Source of the DNA: Takakia lepidozioides
Lineage: Eukaryota > Plantae > Bryophyta
Length of the DNA: 64,000 nt
Assembly (NCBI GenBank): GCA_030704615.1
Contig: CM060732.1
Coordinates: 28,706,001 to 28,770,000 of the forward strand
Direction of reading: 5' to 3'
In this document: piece after piece, positions 12,053 to 23,759 of the stretch
Layout: each line of letters opens with the position of its first letter
How positions within the stretch are numbered: the first letter of the stretch is position 1
Notes under the pieces: generated by a model
Seen by the model: the letters and a program-made list of their open reading frames with translations, nothing else
Told to the model about the DNA's origin: nothing
The model's database searches: none
Program-made: the position numbers and the translations under genes

Positions 12053-13900
12053 AATGAAAATGAAGTGACAAATGCAAGAGACATTTGGTCAGCTAGGGCC
12101 GGTTGGGCCTGCATGAAGGGGTGTGGGGCATGCTGTGTACTTGATAAGGGTCCCTCATATCCACCAATTGAAGAAATCCTTACTGATCCAGCTGAGTCTT
12201 CTGTGAGTACACCCCCCCCTTCAAAATAAAATAACTCTCTCTCTTTCTCCATCTTCTTACAAGGAGGTTCAGCTGCCTGTCGAAAGCGATGGCAAACCTA
12301 ATCCGTTTTGTAGTCTCTCTCTCAAAGTTGTGGTGCTAATATTCATTGTCCTTAATTGTGTCTTTTAGCATTGCTGGTCATACCAAGCTACTGTGGTGTT
12401 GTGGGTGGTAGGATAAGTTATCCAACAGCCACTTTGGTGCCTGAAACCAAGAACGAATTGGCTGAAAGTATAGAATATGTCGCTGCTTGCCCTATGCTCT
12501 AGTGGGCAGAAAGATGGGTGTCCTGAGGGCCACAGGCAACTGAAACCCAGATTACTTATGTCTGAGCCCTGCTTTACAAAGTGAGAGTGTGGTTTTGTAG
12601 GAAGTTTTGGTACACATATGCTCATTTTCTGGTACAAACTCCAAAGTTGTCATCTTGTTGCTTAATGTATGTTAAGTACCCTAAAGAAAAGGATCGGGGC
12701 AATGGTCTGCAGTTGTATCGAAGCATGGTAGGGGCTGATGGGTGGTGCATCCACTACGACAAACCAACTCGCTCCTGCTCCATCCATGAGGGTAGGCCTA
12801 CAGTAATCGCTGTCGTTGTTTTCCTCCAGCCTAGTTCTCATTGTGATGTTTGCATTTGCTTGAGAGAGTTAAACTGTTCCGTCCCTACATCTGACTTGGA
12901 AGATGGCAGCTAGGCGAGAGGAAAGAGGACCGTAGTCATAGCCACGTGGCCAAAAGCAGAGAACAGTCTGGATAAAGATATGTACTAAAATGACCGCTTC
13001 CTATGAATAGGGGCTTCAATTTGATCATAAGGGTTATTTGTGATATTAAGCTCTCCTGGAGGTCTGTCAAACTGCTCCAGGCATCTGATGACAAACTGGT
13101 TACCGGAATTACCGGGTACAGTAGAATAATAATGATTGGGGGCCATGACTGGAGACAGATAGGCCTCGATTTTGTCGAGTGGAGCCTGAAGTGTTCAAGG
13201 CTTTGTATGGCATTGAGGAGAAGGACATGGACAAAGAAGCCTGCGGGTGCGTCCTCTCCAGCATTTGTACTTGAGAAGGATATGTTTTTCTTACTAAGAG
13301 ATCCTGTCCACTACTGGAGTTTAATATCATGAATCAGTCAAAGTGGGTTCATGAAGAGAATGTAATGTCTATGAAGACATGGATTCTTTGTGCATTTCTT
13401 GCTCTCTTGTTTTCTCTCTCTTTGAAAGAAATGTGTGTGTGTGCACATGTAGTTACAGAAAGACAATGGAACCCTGAGAGATAAGTATGTACAGTAGCAG
13501 GGGGATGAATGTTCACTTACTCATTGTTCAACTATGTAGGGGGTAAAAAGTTACCTTTGGAGTTACTATGTCGCTGGAAAGGTGTGGAGTAAGAAAGTTT
13601 TTTCCCTTCATAAAGCCTTCAGTCTGTGCATTGAGATTTCTATTGGGTGCATCTTGTATGCTCAGTGCCTTAAATTTTCCATTCTGAGTGATGGATAAAG
13701 CTTTGTAATTTCTTTGATCTATCAAGTTGATCTGGGAATAGCTTGTGTTGCCCTAGGCATGTGTTCCCATTGTGAATATATTTGGCTGCATATGTTTTGT
13801 GTGCAGTTTCTGTCGGGATCAAATTAGATCCGTGTATGGTGGCCGGTCAAAGGAGCTGAAAACATTCCAGCGTGTTACAAGAAATCTGAAGAAGGGGTAG
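12053..13900 (+). CDS. YkgJ/CxxCxxCC-family putative zinc- or iron-chelating protein (exons 12053-12202, 12713-12791, 13159-13246, 13807-13900; first exon(s) unresolved, possibly from ~11565)
   Basis: Spliced translation: WACMKGCGACCVLDKGP...LYRSMVGADGWCIHYDKPTRSCSIHEDRPRFCRVEPEVFKALYG...ACGFCRDQIRSVYGGRSKELKTF...KKG*. All junctions are GT-AG and in phase. Confidence 0.85.
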
Positions 13901-15994
13901 CATGGTGAGCTTCTTTTCAACACTGTCTGTTTCTGGAAGAAGGTGAATCATTTTTAGCTGTATGTATCCTTGTCCTGCAAGTACTACCTCTGCTCGGCAA
14001 ATTTTATTTGTTGAGCCATCCATTTCCTTTCCAGACAATTCAGTGGTTTGTCTTCCGGGGTTTGATTGTATTTGGTATGAATCACTGGGTAACACCTCCA
14101 TTAGTTTCCAATAGCACAGGGTTAATATCTTTTGTAATGGACATCACACAAGCTTTTCTGGAATGACAATCAAGTAAAGCTTAGCGATGCTTCTCTCCTA
14201 AGCAGTCTCCTGTTCTCACCCCATGAGCAAGTAAGATGTCAGTCGTAGAGTTAGTGTTATCTCTGTTCCCGTTGATGTAAAGCATACATCTTTGTGTTTC
14301 CAATCATACATATGAGATGCTGTGACTTAAAAGCAGAAAATAGTGAAATAGATTGAAAGTAACTTTACAACGTCCAGTATCACTAACACAGGTGGTAATA
14401 CCCGTGAACAAGAGTAGCAACCAAAGGAGAGGAAGAAAAAGGTCTGAGCATTATGGAGAGTTTGAGGATGAGAACTTCAAAAATCTTAAATCCACTAATC
14501 CAAGAAGTGGACTTTGGTCTTTCGTTCTCTTTCTTTTTTTTTTCTCCTCATTTAACAATGTGTATCATAGCCAAACTAATTTGAAAACAAAACTCCTCAT
14601 AGCTATTAGTTTGGCCCACATTAGTTACCACCCTCACTACCCTAAATGTTGTATTAGGTGTAGCTAATGGATTCCGAGCGGTTCACTGGACGACTGACAA
14701 ATTAATTAAAAACACCTTAAATAAAAATCTATGATTTGAATGTTGATTTTGGGGACAAAGGTCTACGGGCAGAGCTGGCACGAGTTTATTAAAGATGCTT
14801 CTCAATGGTGGGACAATCACAATCACAAGGTGTGGTTTCTTAATGTGTAAAGTGAAGATGAACAAAAGTTTGTTCATCTTGTAAATGTGGGCCCTTCCTG
14901 TTAGCATGATGATTTGGTAATTTTCCTGGCGTTTACAAGGTACTTGGGAGGGTCAGCTTGCTCTTAGGAGATAGATTAGATACCACAAGTATGGGTGTTG
15001 TAGGCGAGCGATGGAGATTTACGAAGGAAACAATCTCAAAAGGCTAACATTCCCCTTGTTGCATGGTTAGCCATGACCTTGCTCCTTGGATTGAGGTGTA
15101 GAAGTTGACAATGTGCAAGTTGGAACATCTAAACCCGCTTTACAACATGTTTCCACTAAAGCACACAAGAAGACTATCATCAAATGGATGATTGAGTATG
15201 TCACTCTAAACGGTGATCATCTCACGAGCACTGACTTTTCCATAACATTTGTGAGGAACATGAAGGCAAACTTACGGAAAACATTGCTTTCATTAGCAGT
15301 GCTTTACATCCGGAGCCTTCAATGAAGGCTTGATAGAAAATGTGGATAAACACATTTAGTTATCAATTGTGACATGGGTGACCGAGGAGATGACAATGAC
15401 ATGGGTGCACCTTGGGCTCTTGAGGTGCTGCTGTCAAGTATGACTTGCCATGTGCCACCATGTGCTACACATGTCTTTGAACCAATTGACACATTGTCAA
15501 ATCTGTTTGGACTGATTGGCAAAAAGGTTACAGCTCATTCAAGGTGAGGCATGGCAAAATGAAGCTGGAGGAGGTGGAGGTTAGTTTAAATTTAAAATTA
15601 TTGCTAATTTTAAAAAAAAAACACATCAATCAATTAATTTATTTTTACTTTTATAGAGAGAAAATACTCTGGCTAGACTCGCTGACGTAACTAAGAGCCG
15701 CTTCATTTTCTATAAAGGTTTTATATAAATCAAAATCTTAAGAAGTAAACTTAAAATATTTAAACGCATAGACTAATCAGCTCGTACATACATCTTATCT
15801 TCTATTTTTTTTTTTTTTTTTTTTCATACATCTGGTATCCAACATAGAGTTTGTTCACGTGTATTTATAGTATATTAATATATAAATATTTATAATTGTC
15901 CAAAATATATAGAAAATATATATATGTATATGTATTATCGTAATGTATTAGTAAATTGAAACGTTCTTATCACAAAACCAAAGTTGAACAATTT

Positions 15995-16052
15995 TTTTTT
16001 TTTAATTTTTTCCTTAAAGGGAAACACCTGGGAGAGACACAAATCAGGCCCC
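15995..16052 (-). mobile_element. Severely 5'-truncated non-LTR retroelement tail
   Basis: Poly-T tract plus ~35 bp flanked by TSD TTGAACAATTT; shares the CCTGGGAG tail motif with the SINE at 16305-16542. Confidence 0.6.
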
Positions 16053-16304
16053 TTGAACAATTTATGACGATTTGAAGACTATTGATTTTTTTTATTTTTT
16101 TATTTTTTTTGGGTGGTTTTATCATAATTAATATTCAGAATTGTCGCAACATTTACACTGATATGTGAAGAAACAAGCCTAACAAGGCTATGGGCTCTCT
16201 TGCTTTGGCAAAACATAAGAGGAAGGTGAGAGTAAGGGGGATGACTCAGCACAACACACCAATCGGTGCCTTGACCACATTTTCTCCATTGACTTCAACA
16301 TGTT

Positions 16305-16542
16305 TTTTTTTTCCTTTTTTTTCAAAAAGGCAACCTGGGAGCGACAGCCACAATTCAGATCCTTGAGGAGGGGGAAAAATTAACCCCCTTTCATTTATGG
16401 GCCATGAGGCCTATAGGACGATCAACGCCCAGACATACCGTCACGAACAAACCCACACACGGGGCAGGGCAGCGGGTTTGAACCCCGAACTACCAGGGTG
16501 ACACACCATGCGCTTACCAGCTGAGCTACCAGCCAATGTGCA
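16305..16542 (-). mobile_element. tRNA-derived SINE (Asp-like head)
   Basis: Minus strand reads GGCTGGTAGCTCAGCTGGTAAGCGC...GTC...GGTTCAAACCC (box A and box B), followed by an A-rich tail; TSD CAACATGTT at 16296-16304 and 16543-16551. Confidence 0.8.
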
Positions 16543-16608
16543 CAACATGTTGCAAAGTCTCTCTCTACAAGAGAGCCAACAAAAGATAAAGATAAAGATA
16601 AAGATAAT

Positions 16609-16781
16609 TGTTTTTTTAACGTCCAGTGAATTTACAGAGCCTACTACTCACAACACCATCAAGGGCCCAAATGGACGGTGAAGGCACATGGATTGAACCA
16701 CTGGATTCAATTCAACTGGATTGACACCTAGGTTATGCATAGGCAAGGCACAAACGCCCAACCACTGGGCTACTTGGATAG
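16609..16781 (-). mobile_element. tRNA-derived SINE related to the 4458-4630 copy
   Basis: Minus strand GTAGCCCAGTGGTTGGGCG...GCATAACCTAGGTG...GGTTCAATCC; flanks AAGATAAT / AAGACAAT. Confidence 0.55.
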
Positions 16782-19700
16782 AAAGACAATAATATTAGAG
16801 CCGATTCGACCAAAAAAAATGATTCTCAGAATCCAGCGTTTATTTTTTATTTTTTATTGGCAGCTTAATAATGAGAGGATGATGTGTTCCACGAAATGTG
16901 GCACTATGGCACCCTTTTTCTACATTAAAACTAGTATTCGACCTTCAGTCGTCGCTAGAACTACCCAGTGTATGCAACGTAAAGCTCAAATATATTGAGC
17001 TACACAACAAGCTCTAATATCTTTAAAAAATACCCCTTAGCCGTGTGTGATATATGAAAAAGAATAACCGCCCCATTGATACCCTTTCGAATGTGAAAAG
17101 AAGTGGACACATGAAAAACCCAGACAAGCTCAAATAACCTTTTGGAAATACCTCTTATGGGTCGGGTATATGTCAAATAATAGTCGCCCCATTGATATCT
17201 CTTCAATTCTGACCTCGGTGGTGTGAAGTATTTTGTGCTTGAATTCTCCCGTCCTCACAAGTGCACGTTAAACTAGGGGTGTAAGAGCTCGGAAGGAGCG
17301 GGCTTTACAGCACGAGAAGAGAGATGAACATGTAAAGGATCCCACGTACAGCATATGCATAGCTAACACACACACATCCAAAGCTCACAGAGCACGTCCA
17401 GAAGCCCGTACACCAGGTTGTACATACGAGAAGAAGGGCCTTGACTCAAGTCAGGAACAAGCTTATACCCAAAACCTAGGGTGAGGCAATACCCCCACGT
17501 GGCAGCATGCCACGGGTTGCCTAGATTACAAACAGATCTGGCCCGTAGACCAATGAAGGGGCCAGATGCAGCCACAAAGCTCTAGGATAACCCCAAACAA
17601 GTATAGGTCAGGCTGTATATAACGGTCACCCACCGTAAATACTAATGGCATGGGATGAACCTATCAGACAGTAATGAATAGGCTGAAAGTCAAGCCAGGA
17701 GAACATGAGCCATTACATATGTGAAGGCTCCCCCCCCCCCCACCTTAAAAATCCGAGCTCCGCGAGGTAAAATATAAGGATGTTACCCCGTCATGAAGTT
17801 CCCCAACGTCGCAGGGTGAAAAACCTTTCATGGGAAAACCCGGTGGGACAAAACCCATGCAAAGGAAAACCTTATGCATGTGGACAAGTTGGAACTTCAT
17901 GCTAAGTCTAAAACTAGACTACAAAAGATGTCTAAGTCCAAGAGAGGTCTCCTATGAAACCAAAGCCTCCATAGCACCTGCACCATGAGGAGTGAGCACC
18001 ACCGATCGCCCCTCAACATTGATGCATGTCAAGTAAAAAATCAGCTCCGAATGAATCAAATCTGCAAGTGCCACTGGCTCCTCATGTGCTTTCGTATTGT
18101 GTCCCTACGGCAAAATCAAAGCACATCTCCCACGAAGCAACTTGTACAACAAATAAGGACCATCGATCTTCAGCTTAGATTTACATGCATGTTGCCCATG
18201 CTGAAGACGTAGGCACACAGTCTGTCCCTCATGGAAGTGATCTGAGTACTTAACCCGCTTGTTACAATTCCTAGCTTTACAATGTTAGCCTTAGCCTCAT
18301 TAACTGAGACCATGTGCCTAGCATGCACCCTCTCTACAAAATCAGTCAAGTCTGCAGGTTCAGAAACAGTGGAAATCAGTGGAGTATAATGCAAAGAAGA
18401 GACACAACGTCTACCATAAAGCAACTCAAAAGGAGTTTTCCTCGTGCTAGCATGAACAGCAGTGCGATAAGCAAAGACCAGAGGAGGAATGAAGATGTCC
18501 CACTCCCTTGCAAGCTCGCCATTCTTCTCCAACATTCGGCAGAAAGTCTGATTGAAACGCTCCGCCAAACCATTGGTTTGAGGATGGTAGGGGGCTGTAG
18601 TCACATGCTTGATTCCAAAGTTAAAGCATATGATATTCAAGAGATCATTGCAAAACTCCCAGCCATTATCAGTAAGGACCTCAAGTGGACAACCATGCCT
18701 CATCACAATCTCCTCAAAAAAGAGTTGTGCTACCGAGTCAGAATCCTTGGTAATCATAGGACAGACTTCTATCCACTTAGTCAAGTAATCTGTAGCTACC
18801 CAAAGATAGCTATGACCCTTTAACGTGAGAGCGAGAGGTCCTACCAAGTCAATTACCAACTCAAGCAAAGGCATATGTCATAGGCAAGGATTGCAATTTA
18901 TAAGTGACCCCCACCCGAGGAAGTGCAAGGTTAGATCGACATGCCTCACATTTGGAGATGAAGGCAGTCACACTCTTTGAATTCCCTTCCAGTAGTACAC
19001 CTCTTGTATGCGAGCTATGGTCTTCTTGACCCCAAGATGACCTGAATACAAAGAAGCATGAAAGTGTTCCAACAAAGCATCTAACGGGCTCCATGAGTAG
19101 CAAGGACTCCCATCCTTAGTGCCCACTTTGTACAACTTGTCATCCCTACAACGATGAGCATCCACATTGTATTTGCTTCCTCAACTTCTCAAGGAGCCCT
19201 GCAGGTGAACGTCCATGAAGACATCGATGGAGTAGCGCTACATGCAGCATATCATCCATGATTGCACTGCACATAAGCGAGGTTCAATGGGCTTTAGTAA
19301 GGGTGACATGGAGTATCTGCCTCATGTTATCTCCAGCCACTAGGTCCTTGCCTGATTTGAAATGGCTCATGGGAAGGCAAATCAGGCCTTAAAAGCACTG
19401 CCAAAACCTACACCGGAGTACAGCAGTAGATGCATCAAACCCGAACCAAGGCTGAAAAGAAGAGACAAGGAACAAGGAAGGATAGATCAGCCCCTCACAA
19501 AGGCTTTAGACATGAGATCCACTGCCCACACTAGCAATATAGGGACTCAGCCTGGATCATCTAGAAGGCTAGACCAGCCCCATGCAATCTCCAAGCTAGA
19601 TGGATCAAGAAGAAGAGGCTGCTGATCAGCACATAAAAGGTTAAGAACAGGGCATGCCCCCTTAGGAGAGGATATATCAAGAGCAGCCAAGTCCTCCAAA

Positions 19701-20939
19701 GTCACCATAGGCTTGCCTACATGAGGCTCAACCCATGTAAGAGCATCTGCATTGGAATTCTCCTTTAGACAATGTCAAGGTCAAACTCCTCCAGGAACAT
19801 TGCCCATCGTGCTAGTCTACCATACAACTCACGAGGTCGAAGCAATGCCTTAAGGGGAAGATGATCAGTCTCAACAACAAACTTGCTTCCATGCAAATAA
19901 TGACTATAGTGTTTAACACCAAATATCAAAGCTAGTCCCTCCTTATCAGTGATAGAGTACTTCTTTTCATGCTTGTCAGGGCGAAGCTTCTCAGGATCAG
20001 GCTTAAGACCTTCTTTTGATAGGACATGACCCAAGAAGTGAAGTTCAGGCATGCACAAGTCACATTTCTTAGGCTTAACCTTTAACTCTGGAGCTCTAAG
20101 TCTGTTGAAGACACGTTGCAAGTCAAGAAGATGGGCTTCAAAGGTGGCTGAATATACATTGATGTCATCAATGTATATCAAAGCACACTCCCACCTCAAA
20201 TTTCCAAGGACAATATCCATTAGGCGCTGCAAGATAGAAGTTGCATTGCACAAACCAGAAGGCGTGGTCTCATATTGGTACTTGCCCATCCTACAGACAA
20301 ATGAGGTTTTCTCTTTTGCTTCCTCAGTCGGAGGCACTTGCCAAAATCCAGAGGCCAAGTCTAAAGAAGAAAACACAGTGGCTCCATGTAACATGTCAAG
20401 GGTCTCATTGATCTTGGGAAGGGGATATGCATCTTTCTTGGTAACCGCATTGAGGCGCCTGAAGTCTACACAGAAGCGAGTACTTCCATCCTTCTTTCCT
20501 ACAAGGACTATGGGACTAGCCCAAGGAGAGATGGAAGCTTGATCACACCAACATCAAGCATCTTTTTTATTTCCTCTTGCACAATAGCTCTCTCCTTCAC
20601 ACTCTCCCTATAGGCAAATTGCTTGACAGGAGGTCCCTCAGTCTCAATGTCATGCTGCAGGATATTGGTCTTCCCAAGGTCAGAAGCTCTAAGGCTGAAC
20701 ACATCCAGGTTGTGAGCTATCAAGGTCTCAACTTGTTTCTTTTGGGCTGCCTCAAGCAAGGGGTTGAGTTTGATCTCACCAAGGACTTTGGCAAGGGCTT
20801 CTCTTTCTTGAGCATTGAGTTTATTCTTGAAGCTCATGGCAGGAGAAGAGTGGCTAGAAAAAGTAGTGACAAGATCTGATTGATCATGGACAATGCCTAA
20901 GGCTTCAAAACCAAAAGCAGGCTGGACTTCACCAATCTC

Positions 20940-21200
20940 TTCTAAGGGACGGGCAGAAATTCTAGCAAGCACTTGCCCCTTCTTGATGGTCACAGAAAAC
21001 CTTTCAGGATTGGCTATAAGAAGCTTGACTTCCTCTTTGTAACCTCTATCAAGAACCCCAGTAGCAACAAAGCAATGCTTTAAGGTAGTAAGCCTCCTCC
21101 ACCCATCAACCTCAAGGTAGTGTCCCTTAGGACAAAGATAGGCCAATTGGGTCTTGACCACACTCTGGCACATAGATGGAATAGTGACATCTCAGGAAGC
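20940..21200 (-). pseudogene. dUTPase-like domain in the Gypsy pol, N-terminal to RT
   Basis: VVKTQLAYLCPKGHYLEV...VATGVLDRGYKEEVKLLIANP...VTIKKGQVLARI resembles trimeric dUTPase motif III (GVIDxDYRGEI) and the motif IV region (I..G.RIAQ). Confidence 0.7.
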
Positions 21201-21299
21201 TCTAATGCACACTGTTCTTTTGCACCACAATGGGAGCACCAGACTTTTGACCAGAGCTAGGTATATCTTGCATCAACAGGGTGCTGCTTCCCATGACCT

Positions 21300-22174
21300 C
21301 ACTACAGGAAAAGGGGGGCCTTTGTGACGCTCGGGCCACGCCGCAGCGTCGGGAAAACGCCCATTTCGGGCACGGGGAGGTGCCGTATTTGCGACGCCCG
21401 GCAATCACATGGCACGATGATGGAGCCAGAAAGAAGACAGAACAAAATTCATAGGGAAGTACGACTTACAAATCACAAGATAAAACCCTTGGATCCGCCG
21501 GCGCCCCACTTGTGTGTGGATTCGTGCTTGTCAAGGCGGACTGTTGTTGCTTCGCGTGCCCGCTCAAATTTGGCCTTGTTTGAGGCATCATTCTCTTCCG
21601 CAATGAGTGCATCCCACGATACCTATGCCCCCCCCCCCAACAATTAATGAATTACACACATACGTTGCATCGAATCCACCTCATTAATGCACATGCGACA
21701 AATGGAAGGTGAAATGATTCAGGATTTGCCAACCTGTGTAATTCCATAAGGTGGTTTGGGTATGGCTCCCTTTTCCATTGCCCTCCGAATGATCTGTCTG
21801 GCACGGTACCTCCTGTCCTTCAAGTTTCGCCCCACCATCTCCATCACCCTTGTGTCACTCCAATTGCCCGGAAACCGACGATCTAACTCACGGGCATACG
21901 CCCGCTTCGTGCCAAAGTGCTGATCAGCCCACTCAATGTGCAAAGGGAACCACCTCATTGCGAGTTCGAATGATGGCTTCTTCATAACCTCCCAGAACGC
22001 ACCACAGGGGTCACCATGGCGATTCACCTCCACCGATGGCACCACGATCTTTGCCAACTCCACATCCTCTATCGCCAAGGCCATGTTCTTCTTCCCTTCT
22101 TTGTAGCCTCCTTCCCCTGCTCTTTTGTTACCCCACTGCCCTCCCCCACACACTCACCCCTTCCTCTCCATGGG

Positions 22175-22205
<31 letters not shown>

Positions 22206-22270
22206 CTTCTTTTTCTTCCCCTTCTCCACGACCATCTCCTTCCCCTTCCCCGCTACTTCCTCTCTCTCCT
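21300..22270 (-). mobile_element. CACTA (En/Spm) element fragment with a TnpA/Ptta-like ORF
   Basis: CACTACAGGAAAA terminus at 21300 sits exactly where the Gypsy sequence breaks. ORF 21719-22153 (acidic poly-Glu upstream; ...NRHGDPCG...MVGRNLKDRRYRAR...KPPYGI) with a likely next exon (~21480-21620: SWDALIAEE...HKWGAGG) resembles Ptta/En/Spm-family proteins. Second TIR not found. Confidence 0.6.
22177..22218. repeat. (TTC)n microsatellite (poly-Glu on the minus strand)
   Basis: Directly visible trinucleotide run. Confidence 0.9.
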
Positions 22271-23759
22271 TCTTGGTTCAGCCTGCCCACATGCCTTACC
22301 AACAGGTCATGTATTGAAGGAGCACAATGTGCTGAGGTCATGCAAAGGGCAAGGTACCATGGTCCAGCCTGCCCTATTACCATTTCAAGACACGTTTTCA
22401 AACATACATCTTGGGCATGACACATAGGTTACAGCATCTTACCTTATCAGCCTTTCATTACAGCAGGTCATGCATCAGCCAAGGCATAAGGACCAGCCTG
22501 CAATTTTTCAGAATCAAAACATGCCTCCAAGCAATCCCACTTGGGCATGATGAAATAGATTCCATACCATTTGTACTCATCCCGCGACATGTAATCATAC
22601 AAGGTGTCAAGGGAATGTGAATTCAGCTTGTCAAATTACAACTTCAAGACTTGTACACACAAGCAACTTGAACAACCGAGATCCAGCCTCTTTGGCACAT
22701 AAAAAACTCAGATTGCAAGTCATAGGCCTGATGTCATGACAAAACCAAAACTATAGGTAGGATTCCATTACAGCTTACCATCCTCATCCTTCAAGAGATC
22801 CATGCTAAAGCTTGCAAAGAACACCTCACTCTGATCCATCACACACCAGAAACAGGCCCGAAAAGGAGCAGGTAGGTGCCTTATCAGGCTGCCGACATAA
22901 CATTCAAGGCCACCACGTCCTTAGAGTCCCAAACCCGCCGAGGCAGCCCCAATAAAACCAGATCCTCTATGGCCCAAAGAAATTACAACCTAGCTCATTA
23001 ATCCATAGGCCATGTTATCAAGGATCAAAAGATAGGGTATGGTCTGTATGCAGGCCTCAGGAGACAGGCCAGACAGGTCGAGCTGCCCCATCGACGGCAG
23101 AACAACAAAAGCCAAAACATAGGCTGTAGCATGCCAAACCAGGAGCAGACGGGTTGAATTCGAGGCTGCAGGCAGCAACCACTTCAAAGCGCGATAACTT
23201 ACAGGTCTCCTCAGCCCATATCCCCGACTGCATGCTCAAGAAATTTCAAAGTAAGTGAGGATCCTTACCTGGTCCCATCATAAGCCCCCACAAAATCAAA
23301 AGATTAGTGAGGATTGTGGAACCCCAGGTGAATCACAGACCCTCACACTTGTCATCGATGTCAACTAAGAATCTCAAAAGCAAGAGAAGAAGATAAGAAC
23401 ACAAGGATCCCTAAACTCCAAAGGCACCTTAAGCGATTGAGGAAGAGGGTTACGCGCCATCACCACCCGCGGCAAGTCGCCTCCACAAAGCACATGAGCA
23501 ATGAAGCAAAGCAGGCAAACTCGCAAGGCAATAGAAGGGAGGGAGAGAGACTTCCCAGCACAAATGCCACTGCTAAATTAAAAGCCAGAGGAGGGAAGAT
23601 GCCACAACATTCACAACAGTGTTTCCCGCTGCTAGAGAGACAAGGCGCTGCCTTCGCGCATCCCCAGGCGCTCACCCAGCACGGGTACGACACCACAAAA
23701 GGGGCATCCACCAAAGCACGTCCGCCATAACACTCTCGTTGCGAGCTCAGAAGAGTTAA

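Larger units (their letters stand above)
17222..23750 (-). mobile_element. Decayed Ty3/Gypsy LTR retrotransposon (gag remnant - dUTPase-like - RT - RNase H - integrase - PPT - 3' LTR)
   Basis: RT ([17 protein letters not shown]; ~19980-20700), RNase H end ([20 protein letters not shown]), integrase (GHLGVKKT, IDLVGPL, LTDNG, QTNGLAERFN; 18170-19165). G-run PPT at ~17729-17746 is followed by a probable LTR at ~17222-17717. Many stops and frameshifts. The gag-like remnant (~22300-23400) and right boundary are tentative. Confidence 0.85.

Noticed and set aside
16460-16534. Functional tRNA-Asp gene
   Set aside because: Stems pair poorly, and the sequence continues into a body and A-rich tail bounded by a TSD, so it is a SINE head.
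16931-16960. Helitron 3' end (short hairpin plus CTAG|T on the minus strand)
   Set aside because: The stem is very short and no 5' end or other copy is visible; insufficient support.
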